The position numbers and the translations under genes are program-made. The notes below the pieces were generated by a model. That model searched no databases. It was not told where the DNA came from and worked only from the letters and a program-made list of their open reading frames with translations. This document shows positions 14,125 to 26,655 of a DNA stretch of 64,000 nt, one piece after another. Source of the stretch: Botryllus schlosseri (lineage: Eukaryota); assembly GCA_051294905.1 (NCBI GenBank), contig CM119373.1:4156001-4220000 (forward strand), written 5' to 3'. The first letter of the stretch is position 1, and each line of letters starts with the position of its first letter.

Positions 14125-14347
14125 CAGAGGTGGTCAAAGTAGTCACCGTCGCTACTCAAGTAGAAGTAGGAGTAACACCGGAATTTCTACTCAAGTAAAA
14201 GTAGAAGCTCACAAGTAAGTAAGTAGGTATTCTACGCCTATTTTTGCCTAAAAAACTGAAAACTGTCAAGTAGAAGTAGAAGTAGTCTAAAATCGTAGCT
14301 ACTTAAAAAGTAGTGCGAAAGTAGTACTTCGTTACTGACCACCTCTG
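14125..14347. mobile_element. hAT-type MITE with AAGTA subterminal repeats
   Basis: TIR CAGAGGTGGTCA / TGACCACCTCTG; perfect TSD ATATTTAA. Confidence 0.85.
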
Positions 14348-14625
14348 ATATTTAACTCCTTCCTAGTTCAAATATCCTCACTTCTCTCATGCGACCTGGT
14401 GTCCCTCTCAGATGCTTTTACCCCCCCCCCCCCTACCGATTCAGAACCACTGCTCTTGAATTTTATTTAGTTTCCGATAATAGATTTTATTTGTAAGTAA
14501 ATTGCCGCGATTTAGAATGAATATCTAATAGGCCTACGAATTTACGAGTTTGCTCGAAACTGAAATCGAATATATGCTACGTATTTACTGATTCCATGAG
14601 GCCATATATTACTTTTACTGTACAT

Positions 14626-15542
14626 CAGGGGTGTCGCGGGCCGGATTCATACCTTCAGATCGCTCGCGGGCCGAATTAGTCAAATGATTCTAAAATGTTA
14701 CCTCAAAATGCATGCCCTTGTTTTTCACTTGAACACCTCACCTATACACGTGACGTGATATTATACTATATATTACTATCAAGGGGCTCCATTCTAGCAA
14801 CATCTTTATTCGCAAACAATGGAATTCACGAAACTAGGATGATTGAGCGGTTGACTACAGTTATATACCCCGAAACAGTGGCTCTAGCGACGATATAAAT
14901 TTACATATTCTATGCTTCCTTTGTTATAGTCGTAATCCGGCATTAGTCATTTGTATGCGTTGTGAGGAACACAAGCGATTTGACTGTAATCGCGGACGTT
15001 GGAATTGGATTCACCAGGATTAAATCGCGATTCAGGTTTCTGTGGAGGCCAGGGACCTTTTGAGCCAAAACGGTTGCAGAAGTGTGACTTCAAATATTTG
15101 AATTATATTTTATGACTATTTCAGTCCTAACCTGTAACCTGTAACCTGTAACCTGCGCATAACGGTTTTACATCATTGATGTTTGCGCTTACGTGAATAA
15201 TTACTTTGTGGTCCATTTTTTCATAAATCTCTGACCCCAGTGAGCACATTTTGCCGTTGTGGAATTGGATGTCAATGCCAGCGACTTGGCTCTTAATGGT
15301 GATTAGAGTGAAACCATGACACCGCTTTCGGTTGGTCATAATGTGGCTTATGAACATGAACATACTCGACATCTGCTGTTGGAATAATTGATGGAAGTAT
15401 TTCTACCCAAAAATCTAAGTATTTGTTAGATATGTGCTGAATAACTACGAGTTGTTTCATTTCCTCAGAATTGCTTCGCGGGCCGGATGAAATCATCTAA
15501 CGGGCCGTATGCGGCCAGCGGGCCGTATGTTTGATACCCCTG
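14626..15542. mobile_element. hAT-type non-autonomous element
   Basis: CAGGGGTGTC / GATACCCCTG termini, GCGGGCCG subterminal motifs, perfect TSD CTGTACAT. Confidence 0.85.
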
Positions 15543-16523
15543 CTGTACATTCTAAAATTGTAAAGCATATCGGTCACTTCTTTTCTACATTTTCTTTTAT
15601 TGATTAATTTTGGCGCTTATCGCCTTGTTTTTACGCCATGATAATGAATGTTGTAATGTTCATTGGTGTTTGGCTTTGATACTCTTTTCGGACAACTTCC
15701 ATTCACGCATCCATTTAATATCTAGATATCGCTCGCTGGCATGTGTCCTCATCAATGTCTTTTGCTGCATATTTCAGGGGCTAGGCTACAGTTCGATTTT
15801 GGAAATCATTCATATACCCATTACTTTGATACCAATGAATCAATCTTGTTGAAATTTGGACACAAGGTGCCTTGTGGGACATCCTAACTTTGCTGGAAAT
15901 TTGGTGGAAAAGGGTGAACTCCACACGGCACACCGCGCAACTCGCTTCCCCTTTTGTGATTGTATTTTACACAATACGAAAGATGTTCTAGAATGCTCCT
16001 GGTCGACCGCTCCGATTTCGATGTTTAAATTTGATTTTAACCGGTTGTCAAGTAGCGATGACATGTGAAAATATCATTATATATTGTACATCAATGCGCA
16101 AAATATTATAATAGTTTTGAGAAGAAATAGACAGTTGACTTGTAGTCAATTTGAAATCAATTTCATTGTTCATAACGTCGTGCGTCACAACCTGGAGAAC
16201 TATCGCTGACGTTCGATCAAGACCCTATGGGACAATGCGACAGGCTGATTCATAGGCTACAAAAGCCTCGGAGAAGTGAAATGGTGAAGGTGACCACCGT
16301 TTACCCAGATCAGGCATGGTCAGATTTGACTATGCAAATATGCTTCATAACTCGACTTGAAAATGGACAGTTCACTAGCGCCTTCAATAACACTGGACAA
16401 CAAAAATATTCATCATGGTAGGTGAGAACGATTTACGGTGTATCGGGTGCGCTGAGTTACATTATATATCCAAACGGCCTACAATAAATGTTTTAGAGTT
16501 AGTAGGTCCATCTGCACTGAAAC

Positions 16524-18560
16524 CAGGGTTGTAATGACTCGAGTCATGACTCGACTCGAGTCAGACTCGAGTCACGATTTTTTTGTGACTCGACTTGACT
16601 CGAGTCATTTTCTTGAAATGGGAAAATGACTCGACTCGACTCGAGTCAATATTTGGATTGACTCGACTTGTACTCGAGTCATTACGCATGACTCGATCCA
16701 AGTCATTGACTCGGCTTATTTTATATGACTTGAAGATGAAGAAATTTGCCAATCGTAATGGCTAGATCAACCCATTTGACGAATTCTGGCGACATCGCTA
16801 TTTTTCACCACTGCTTGCGTTGCACTCGCCTGATATCAGATATGCCGCCGAAAAAACAACAGACAATGGTACATAGTAGCAATGCATTGTACAAAATCAT
16901 CCAGTGATGAAGAGGTAATAGATCCTCCGCAATCAAAGTACTCAAGACTTTTCAATTATACAAGCAAACAATCGAAGCAAAGTTCAATTAGAGCCAGTGA
17001 AATGACTCAGATGGTCAAGAGACTGATAAGCTCATGTGTAGATTTGAAGGGGTTGATTCTTTGCATTTTTGGGCGACTAGAAAGAATGAGTAATCAATGC
17101 TCTTCAGTGTGGTTCAAAAATGCTTGTCAATTCCTGCATCTAGTGCCCTAGTGGAACGTGTATTCAGTAGATGTGGATTTATTCTAAGGCCATGCCGCTT
17201 TAACATATCTGAGGATCTCCTATCCTAATTAGTATTTTTGAAGTGTAATTCATTGATTTGATCTGCTGCCTGTGAAAACACACAATACCCCCGTCCATTT
17301 GACGTTTTGTTATATGTGCATTGTGCACGTCAGTAATAATGAATGCGGCTAATGTTGTGTGATGTTTGTACAATATGGCTGTTCTAAAATAACTTCATTT
17401 TTATTTTCCTGGGTGGCTACTTGATAAAATTGTTATGTTGCATAAAAAAACACTGAATTTGGCCTAATTTGAAAAAGTAGAATCAATGATGTGAGAGAAG
17501 AATATTTTAGATTTGAAAATAAATGGAGTATTTTCAGTGAGAAATTCTTTCATAATAATATAATTACATACTAGTAGAAAGCCGGCTATTTTTTCATATC
17601 CAAAATATTCCACTCTAATAACTTCGCTTCTTCTAGTTAGAATTGAGCCAAATTTGCTATGATCCATATTTTTACACAATCTAACAATATCATGAGGTAG
17701 CTGGTAAAATTCGAAAATCTCTATTTGTAATTAATCAAAAAATTTCTCTCATAGCATTGCTTTCCACTGGTTGAAATTAAGCCAAATTTTAGTTCTTCTA
17801 GGCAATTCAACAATTTTAAGAAGTAGCCTAATTTTTGAGGTTTCGTCCTATTTTATGAGCATTTTTGTTGAATGTGGGGCAAATTCGATGAAGAGACAGG
17901 GAATCAGCAATGAAGTAACGCTCCGGCGGCTATTTCGGGAGCTGAGCAGGAAAGTTAACCTTTTTTAGTCAACTACCTGATAATGTGAAAGTAAAACTGT
18001 ACCCCTAGACCCTACATAAACATGCATCTGTTGATTCTCTGTCAGCTGGTATCTAGACGTGAATTCGTTGGTTCTCTATAACCAATTTGTGAGCAGTCGT
18101 CGATGTGCTCGCAATAATAACTCAATGCTTGTATTTGTGATGTATCAGACTGAGAAGACAGATATTTGATGTAAATCTCTAAGATTAGTACGATTATCAT
18201 ATTGGCGGCCTGTCTCGTCTATCTGTAGCTTCGGTAAATATGGCCAGGAACTGTCCGTTATCAGCCTAAATAAACATGTGCCAAGACTCTAACAGGAACA
18301 AATTAAGCATGTTTGGCAAGCAAGGAATTAGATATCACCAAAGCAGGATTGAAAACATAAGTTGAACATGACTTCAATACCGTGGCTTGGACTCGGACTC
18401 GAGTCATAACTCTATGACTCGGACTTGACCCTTTAAACGGTGACTTGGACTCGGACTCGACTCGGTGATGAATTGAAAATGACTCGACTTGACTCGAGTC
18501 AAAACCACAAAAGTAAGATTGACTCGTGACTCGAAACCATGTGACTTGGTTACAACCCTG
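16524..18560 (+). mobile_element. Internally deleted hAT element with a remnant of the C-terminal dimerisation domain
   Basis: TIR CAGGGTTGTAA / TTACAACCCTG; perfect TSD ACTGAAAC; GACTCGAGTC subterminal repeats; ~17060-17250 translates to FW...KCLSIPASSALVERVFSRCGFILRP...LVFLKCN with stops. Confidence 0.85.
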
Positions 18561-18959
18561 ACTGAAACCATGACAATGTGAGAAATGTAAAACACAATTA
18601 AATCGGCGGAACGGAAATGTGTTGTATAAATATATTTCATTCCACATATCGAACAAAAAAAAAATACCCCATTTATTCGTATTTTCATCGGATTTTCCTA
18701 ATATATTTCAATTTGTGACAATAAGCTTTCTATACCGATAAATGTGCTTGAATTAAACAACAAACAGCAGTAATTTGGTAATAACAAACCAAGTATGCCT
18801 GAACCCACAAAAAGTCAATAATTTCTAAACCATGACGCAATAAACAAGCAAGCAATGTTTTTGTTTACCAATGAGTATTCAAATCTTCTCGTAGAAATAA
18901 ATCAAAATCGGGATGTGCATTAGTGAAGGTCTTAGATACAACTTCTGTTATTAACTCAA

Positions 18960-20679
18960 ATTAGCTTGTAGTCATCTGCAGGAAAGTCCTCTTGTACGAT
19001 TTTGATGGGGACAGATTTGCAATAGGCAGCTTGCAGTAATCAGTCATAATGTGAGCATCCCACCTATATCGATATTTCTTTTCAATTTATATGCTTTATA
19101 GGAGAATCCGTCCACCTCGTTCCTCAGTCACAGTTCTAGAATTTTCGGGGAAGCGGTGATACTGAACTTTTATGCTCCTACTTATCCTTGAACCAAGAAC
19201 GTTCGTGAACATCACTGCCACGTTATTCCCGTAGTTTCCTTTTTCTGTCCTCTCACCACAAGTCAAATCCATCGTTGTGTAGCTGATCTTGAGTAAAGGG
19301 CGTTGGTTTACCCTGTATTCGTAATAATGTTGAGGAGTCGTTGTTAATGCATTTTCTACAACATGTACTATTGCGATCTTCATCTTTCACTACATCCTAT
19401 ATCGTAGCATCATTCGAAATCAGCTGCAACTTGAATTCCAGGGGAGTGGGTAATTGGCTGTGAAGCAGAGTCAATGTTGAGGAAGTGCTATGACTTTTTG
19501 TTTTTGTTCCAACCTTACATCTTATTCATGTAAAAATATAAATGATCATGGTGGCTCTTTGGCTCGCACAAAACCACGGGGATTACAAACTGAATCATTT
19601 AGACCAGTGGTTCCCAAACGGTGGGGAATTTTGAGATTTCTGGTGAGGAATAGACTCACTTTTGAAAAAATCTTTACAGTAACATTCTCCTTTATTAAAT
19701 GTCGTGCTGAAATGCCGACCCAATATTTCATAGGTCATTTGCAATTCAGCGATTCATTTTATCAGTGCGTCCAATGAGCGAGAATCGCCTGGATAGCGAC
19801 ACGTGATCTCCAGAAATGTTTTATTCATTTGCACACCATCATCGGTCACGAAACGTAGTGATAGAAAAATTCTGATTCGTTGTAATAAGAGCTCATATTG
19901 CTGAACATGTATTCAAGGAAGATCGTTGACTCGCTAATTGATAGCACATGCGGATTCGTTACAAATGAAATTACGTATTTATGTTATTTCAAGTTCTTTT
20001 AGTACTGTGAGAAAGTGTAGTTTACTGCGGCTTATATATATATCGCACGCATGAGTTCGTCAACATCAGGAAGTTTATCTGACCCATGTATTATTCGGCA
20101 TTTACGTATGTAAATTGAAGCTACTCCGCAAGATTTGGAAAATTTTCAAACCCCTCCTATTTTTCTGTTGGCTGCGCGCCGGGGTAGATACATAGATTTA
20201 CGGAGGGGGGTTTACGGTTACCAGTTCCCCGATGCGTTAATTTTATTGTGTACTGATTAATTCCGGGGATCTGAACAATCCCATTAGCACGTACTATTTA
20301 CTAAGCAAAGTCTTGCAAAATTTTATTGGAGGTAGCACTTTAAAGGGTGGATATGGATATAGAGATTTTAGGTGGGGAATGAAGGCTCGGAATAAATCCG
20401 AAGTGGGGAATTAGGATAAAAAGGTTGGGAACCACTGATTTAGACTTTACCTTGAGTCCATAAGCGCGAGGTTGCAGCGTAATACTGGTGAACCGTTTGT
20501 GGTGCCGGGCGTATATTTTGATCTGCCAGCGCCATAGCCATATCAAAGTACTCCTTGTAAGTGCTTTTGGTGGCATTTCCCATATTGAATCGCTTCATGT
20601 TCAACGTGTTCTCGTAACATATGTAGCAAAAAAAATCCTGGCCATTACGACACTTTCTGTGTTTAGCTTTATCACTCAT
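18960..20679 (-). pseudogene. Degenerate DNA-transposon transposase interrupted by a MITE (family recalled as TcMar-ISRm11-like)
   Basis: N-terminus KCRNGQDFFCYICYE...YKEYF...DQNIRPAP...RLWTQGK (20440-20679), resuming past the MITE as FVIPVVLCEPK...IDSASQPITHS; C-terminal RYRWDAHIMTDYC near 19030-19070. The family label is from memory. Confidence 0.65.
19605..20437. mobile_element. hAT (Charlie-like) MITE inserted in the transposase remnant
   Basis: TIR CAGTGGTTCCCAA / TTGGGAACCACTG; perfect TSD ATTTAGAC. Confidence 0.9.
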
Positions 20680-22810
20680 TTTTAACATAGCCTACTTAAA
20701 ACACCCATGAATTGTACTTTCTGAATATGATAGCAACTGACAGTAGCTAATAATAAAAAGCGTCAGAAAGCGTGTTAAATTTGAGCACATGTCTTGATTA
20801 GTGAAAATTTTGAAGCCTCTGCACAGAGCCGAAATCAGGGGCCTGGTACCATCGACCTACCAGCTTTTTTATACGGATCGCGAGCACCAGAGCTGTAAAA
20901 ACTAATGGGTATCAAAATCCACAATTAGAACTAAATTTCTTTTAAAAATCCGCAACTAACTAACTAAAACACAATGTACTAGGTGTAATTATACCGTATT
21001 GCACATGAGCTAAGAAATATTAGAGACAGAATCGGCATTTCAGGACACCGAGTTTTTGAATTGGAAATGGGAGGGGGTTCAATCCCCAAAATCTACCATG
21101 GCTACATCACTTACATCACCGATAACTCAGAGATAGCAATGCTGGTTTTATGAACTTCACATAACGAAATACAAGGATCGCGACTCACTCCAAACGACGA
21201 CAAGTGATTTTTAGTTGTTGGCAACTATATATTTTTTAGATTGCGCGACTGGACCTAAACCTGTACCTAAAACCTACACTAACAATTCATCTTCCCCAAC
21301 TAGAACTATAAAACTACACAAGAAACAGTATTAAGATGATCGTCAACTAACTAGGTTGGCAGTTGGTTTTATTTCCACGCAATCCGGCCCGCGACGCAAT
21401 TTTCAGTGTGGATAAGGGATATTCAAAAATTACTTTTTTTCTTAAATCGTACTAGCTACTTGATAAAATAGTTAGGTTACCTAATTTAAGCCTGCACACC
21501 AAATTTGCTTTAATTCCAGCAAGTAGCCGCATTGCTACAGCAGAAGAGAGTTTTTCTATCTATTATGTAAAATACATAATAAAAAAATTGAAAATTTTTT
21601 GTTTACCCCATGAAACTGTTAGGTTGTCTATAGAAACGATGTTCGCCAAATTTGATTCAATTCCAACCAGTGGAAGCGGAGTTATTGCCATCGAAAAATT
21701 TTGATTATCAATAAAATAGTATTTACGGTGACCACTTCTTAATAATCACGTAAATAGGCTACTATTTTATTCAAATCCAAATTTTTAACGAGGACACGTT
21801 TAAAAAATCCTAAACGTTAGTTGATCGAAACTGAAAACAGTGACTTTGAAATATTTACTGGGAATTTTGTTGTGCTGACTAAACTAAAAAAAGGTCATCA
21901 TTCTGATTCGTCCGTCGTCATTCGTTCAACTCCCGAATGACCCACTTTTTTGGTGACTTTTGTGGTGTTGACTAAAAAAGTAAATGTAGAGCATCACTTT
22001 GATTTGACTCGAACTTCCGCATCACCTGATTCACGTCATTTTTGCCGATTTTCATTTCAGTTTAGGACGAATCCTCCTAAACGAGTACGTATTGTAACCC
22101 TTTCCTAAATCGACAGTAGTCGATTGTACAGTAGTACACGCACATTCGTGCAGTAGGCTACAGTGTCGGTTTCCCATCGCCATGATATCCACATATGCGA
22201 CCGTTGACAGCTGCTTAGAACAATTGAGAGCCACATATGTTACATGTCTGCCGCTTAGGAATATTGCTAATGTTATGTCGTCCTTCAGTGACATGTCCGT
22301 GGTTGTCGGAATATTGTGTTTACCGAACAACAACATAGACAGCAGCAACAAAATCAGCTTGACAAGGAATAGGCTTCCAATGAATTGTCAATGAATCATG
22401 CAAAGCAGCATTACCGCGAACATGAATTCTAATCTGATGATTGAAAGTATTCCATATTAGCCAACGGCTACCATCCACCTAGCCTACTTGTTATATTTTA
22501 TCACCTGGTCCGCGAGTACAAAGGTTACAGATCCATGGCCTACTAAACTATTAGAGGAACTTTTTGCCGTTAGATAGCGCTATGGTGATACCATCAGTCT
22601 AGGTGCTGTATCACTGTAATTCCGGGAGCTGGTTGCCACGTTAATGAACACTTTCAACGCTGAAGATAAGGTTTTGCATTGTCTATGAAAAGATGGGCAC
22701 CTTTTTCGAATCATGCTGCAAATGGTCTACGTTGGTAATACTCTTCGGAGGTAGGTATATTTATCTGTTGAACCTGCATTTATCTTAAATATAATGATGT
22801 GGGCGACGTG

Positions 22811-22915
22811 AGTAGTGTAGGTACCTGGATTTCGTGCAGGCCAATCAAATTTCGCCACGTCGCCTTAATTGCCACGCCTACATTGCCACATCATCCGCCC
22901 ATTGCCGCACCTATA
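22811..22915 (+). repeat. Left terminal inverted repeat (TGCCACATCATC subrepeats continue to ~23030)
   Basis: Exact reverse complement of 38262-38366; imperfect for a further ~16 bp. Confidence 0.95.
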
Positions 22916-23284
22916 GGACACCCCTTGCCACATCATCCGCCCATTATCGCACCTATATGACGCCCATTGCCACATCATCTACGCCACATCATCAAGCGCC
23001 ACGCCTATAGTGCCACATCATCCATCCACAATATCATGATTATGCGTACTGAGCTGTTTTTGAGAATATGAATTCCCCTGTAATACACTAAACGTTGAAC
23101 TAGATTTCATAACGTCATCACAGAGGAATCAACCAACGATATTGATCTAGGTTTTAGGTTTGAAGCCTGTAGTCACCGCATTTCATACGATTCAGCGCTT
23201 TTCATGTCTCCTCACACTTTACTCAGTCTCATTGAAATAGCATTGCATAGTGTATCAGTTCATTTATTTCGAAAAAAGAGCATA

Positions 23285-23767
23285 TCAATGATATCGTTGA
23301 ACGTTATTGCGTCGATTCGCGTGCTGAAATCCTCCGGATCGGTCGATGTTTCGAGGTAGTCCGCTTTGATGCCATCCGACGCTGCGATCCGAGTTCTTGC
23401 GTTCGATCTGACCGTTTTGTTTGATGTAGCGATCACTGGCTTGTAGTATAAACGATACGAGCGGAAGGTCGGGATTAGGAACAACTACGCTGGGCGAATA
23501 GATGACGAATTCGTCAGCCGGATTCAGAGGTTGATAATGCTCGATCCCGTCGCGAGTATACGTAACGACCAAACCTCCTTCATGCTTCAGAGTGGCTCGA
23601 TATTTCTGAATGACCCCGCTTGTGGCATGTACAAAGAGTTGATCCGAGGTCAATTCTGCTCCATTCGAAGCTTCGATACGTAATTTTGTGATGTCATTAA
23701 AAAGATACAAGTCTTTTCTATAGGGCCCCTGGGCCAGAATAGTATCTCCACGGATTGCTAGACTCAT
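23285..23767 (-). CDS. Hypothetical Polinton cargo protein (~160 aa from MSLAIRGD...)
   Basis: ATG at 23767, 17 bp after the IAP stop; globular-looking composition; minus-strand AATAAA just downstream. No family recognised; the C-terminus may be frameshifted. Confidence 0.5.
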   Translation of the reverse strand: MSLAIRGDTILAQGPYRKDLYLFNDITKLRIEASNGAELTSDQLFVHATSGVIQKYRATLKHEGGLVVTYTRDGIEHYQPLNPADEFVIYSPSVVVPNPDLPLVSFILQASDRYIKQNGQIERKNSDRSVGWHQSGLPRNIDRSGGFQHANRRNNVQRYH

Positions 23768-23783
23768 TCTTTGAAAAGAAATA

Positions 23784-24365
23784 TCAAACATAAGTACAAC
23801 AGTCATCACGCAATTCCACCTCGCCATCAAATTTAGTCGAGCCTCTTCTTATATTAGGTGTCGCATAACAGACATTACGAATATATTGCAACCCCTTCCG
23901 CTTGATGAGAAAAGGACACGCAGGATAAAACTTTGCATGCTCGAGCCAGGGATCATCGCACGGCAACCAATTTTGAAACAACCCTCCGCATGAGAAACAC
24001 TTTAAATGATCCTTATAGCCCAAATAGAACAATCCGCAGTCTGCGAGCTCGGTTCCGGAGGTATTGATATTATCCGGCCACCGCATGAATGTGCTTAGTC
24101 TACGAGCATAGCGTGTCATGTTATAGAAAACGGGATCATTCAATGGGGAAACAGTTACATCTCTATGCTTCGCATAGCATTCACAAATCTTTTCCCCTCT
24201 GTTATTTATCATAGCTTGGTACTGTTCAATGGGACCCATCCGAGTTTCATCTTCGCCTATTCCTATGCTACTTGTGTTACCGATGCAAGCGCAGTTGAAT
24301 GTAGCGTAATTTGTAGGGTCCACACTACGCTTAGGTAGCGAATCGCTTTGATCAATGTTCGACAT
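23784..24365 (-). CDS. Inhibitor-of-apoptosis-like protein with a single BIR domain (193 aa)
   Basis: YARRLSTFMRWP...LADCGLFYLGYKDHLKCFSCGGLFQNWLPCDDPWLEHAKFYPACPFL is a full BIR with CX2CX16HX6C; no RING domain seen. Confidence 0.95.
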   Translation of the reverse strand: MSNIDQSDSLPKRSVDPTNYATFNCACIGNTSSIGIGEDETRMGPIEQYQAMINNRGEKICECYAKHRDVTVSPLNDPVFYNMTRYARRLSTFMRWPDNINTSGTELADCGLFYLGYKDHLKCFSCGGLFQNWLPCDDPWLEHAKFYPACPFLIKRKGLQYIRNVCYATPNIRRGSTKFDGEVELRDDCCTYV

Positions 24366-25939
24366 TGCTATCCGAATTGATATACTCTCATGATCAGTAT
24401 GCTTTATACCGATATTGAGCTATGCACCGTTGAAATATGTGCTTGGTACCGATCGAATGATAGGCCCCCTAGGTCGTATCACGGAAAATTAGAACGTCGA
24501 CTGCTCACAGAAAAAAGCCACGTAGCTCATATCCGTTCCTGGTACGTGTTATCAATAATTAGAATGTTAGTAAGAATGCCACGAGTACAATCACGCGGTG
24601 ATGATTAATACCTAAAAAATGACATCTTGACTCATGCATTAATTTAAAAAAATTAAACTATAGTGTATCGGAACTTAGTTTTACTTTACTGAGATTAGTT
24701 TTACTTTTCAACTAACTTGTCTGTCGATACATTCATTTAATTACGATCCCGAGAAGTCGGATCGATTCCCATAATATAACGATTCAGTGCCGACCTTATG
24801 TCTTATACTTTAGCTGACACTTACTCAGTCTCATTGAAATAGCATTGTATAGTGTACGAGCTCATTTATTTCGAAAAAGAGCATAATATATCAATGATAT
24901 CATTGTGCGTCATTGCATCGATTCACTTGCTGAAATCCTCCAGATTGATGTTTCGATGTCGCTTCACGAGTTCCATTCTTGTATTCATATATATCAACAA
25001 GCAGCTATGCAAATCCACAGCTTAGATAACTAGGGCTCTTGTATGTCATTAACATTATAGACAGCCCTTCGACGATATTCAACTGGCATTGATGCTTTCG
25101 ATACAGCGCAGTATGTATAACGTTACGCTGATCAATTCAATTTCAACAATGGGACCCCCGCACAATTATATGGTCGGATTTTCGTTGAATATTGACGACA
25201 CCCACAAATCGAAAGATCTCTTTTTCCTGCACATCTATGATGCAATTATCCTTCCAATGACTACGAATAACTTGAGATTCCGCAGGATTAATATCCGAAT
25301 CAAATAATACGAGCGTATCTTTTCCAGCTTTCAAAACTTACACTGACGCGTTCGGTCTATGTCGCAACACTACAATATGTGGCCATACAAAACGATGTAT
25401 AGTTATTTTTTGTAGTACCATCCCTACGACTTATTTCAGATCGCGGTTTACTGAGTAGAGCTTAATACTAATACCTGCATAATTTTTTGCATGTCTAGAA
25501 TAAGGGTAATTAAATCCATAGTAAAACGCCAGCGGCGACTAATAACGTTATAATGTAAGCTGCGACGGTGCTACTATAATGTTAGGAGCTATTAAAGCCG
25601 AATACGCTGAAGTATAGCATAGATTTTGCATATAAAATGTATACACAAATTTCCTGTTAAGGGTAGCCTCTGCGAAGCTGCTTATGCCTCGATGATCATA
25701 GTACTTATGAGCTATTGGATAGCGCATATACAATGTATCATATAGAACTTCGTCACTTTCGGATAGTACATATACCCCTGGGATAGAACTTAGACGCTAT
25801 AAAGATCGATGTTCGCCTACGAATTCTCGCTTTACTCATGTCGTATGCTCGATAAATTGTAAGTTGCGGCGAGCAACTCATTTTTAAAGTCCCTAAGACG
25901 CTATTGAAATGAACTCTGACTCGCTATTATCCTCAAACC

Positions 25940-26410
25940 ATGGAATTATCACGAGTATCACCTTCGCTCACTGAAGAAAAGGATGAAATTACATCCGGAG
26001 CATATTCCTTGGCGAGGAATTATATCATCTACGAACTCGACGACTCATGCGTTAAGGCAAATACGAAAGCAGAGAGAACCTTACGGCGAGTTGGGGATGA
26101 AATGTTTGAGCGACACCGAACTATCGTAAACGCGCTCTCTAAACGTCTTCGCTACTGTGATGTAGAAGTCGATGAAAAATATGAAGAATATTCACCCGAC
26201 GAGCGAATGTTCCTGATGATAGCTGATGGAATTTTCAAAGATACCCAAGAAAATTGGGGTAGGATTGTCTCTCTTTTTGTGGTCGCTAGCATTCTTGCTC
26301 GGAATAAGGAGGATGAACATCGCGGTGATCATATAGAAGGTATCATACAGACAGTTGGGAGTTACATTGGTAGTAGAAGACGAAAGTGGATAGCGCAAAA
26401 CGGAGGATGG
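25940..26410 (+). CDS. Bcl-2 family (Mcl-1/Bcl-2-like) protein, exon 1
   Basis: BH4-like SLARNYIIYEL, BH3 TLRRVGDE, BH1 ENWGRIVSLF, BH2 start WIAQNGGW followed immediately by the donor GTAAGC at 26411. Confidence 0.93.
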
Positions 26411-26655
26411 GTAAGCGATTTTACAAGCCTTACTAAGGATTTAGGAATTATTATCTATAGCTCGAGGTACTACGATCCCCAGAACCCTTATCATCCCTCG
26501 AACCTTAGATTCCACCTTATAATTTTGTTCTCAACTTTTCCCACAAAGCACTGTAATTTACTTTCCAAGCGCAGCGAACTTCGAATTACCTAACAAGTAG
26601 GCTACGCTAACTTTCTGTAAGATTTGGAAGGCTAACATTTTTATTATTGTTTCAG

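Noticed and set aside
24400..25900. Possible degraded pPolB between IAP and Bcl-2
   Set aside because: Too short, and no polymerase or exonuclease motifs noticed; a translated HMM search is needed to exclude faint remnants.
26411..26593. C-terminal 60 aa of the 217-aa Bcl-2 ORF in the track
   Set aside because: Read-through into the predicted intron; the spliced form restores BH2 and the TM anchor.
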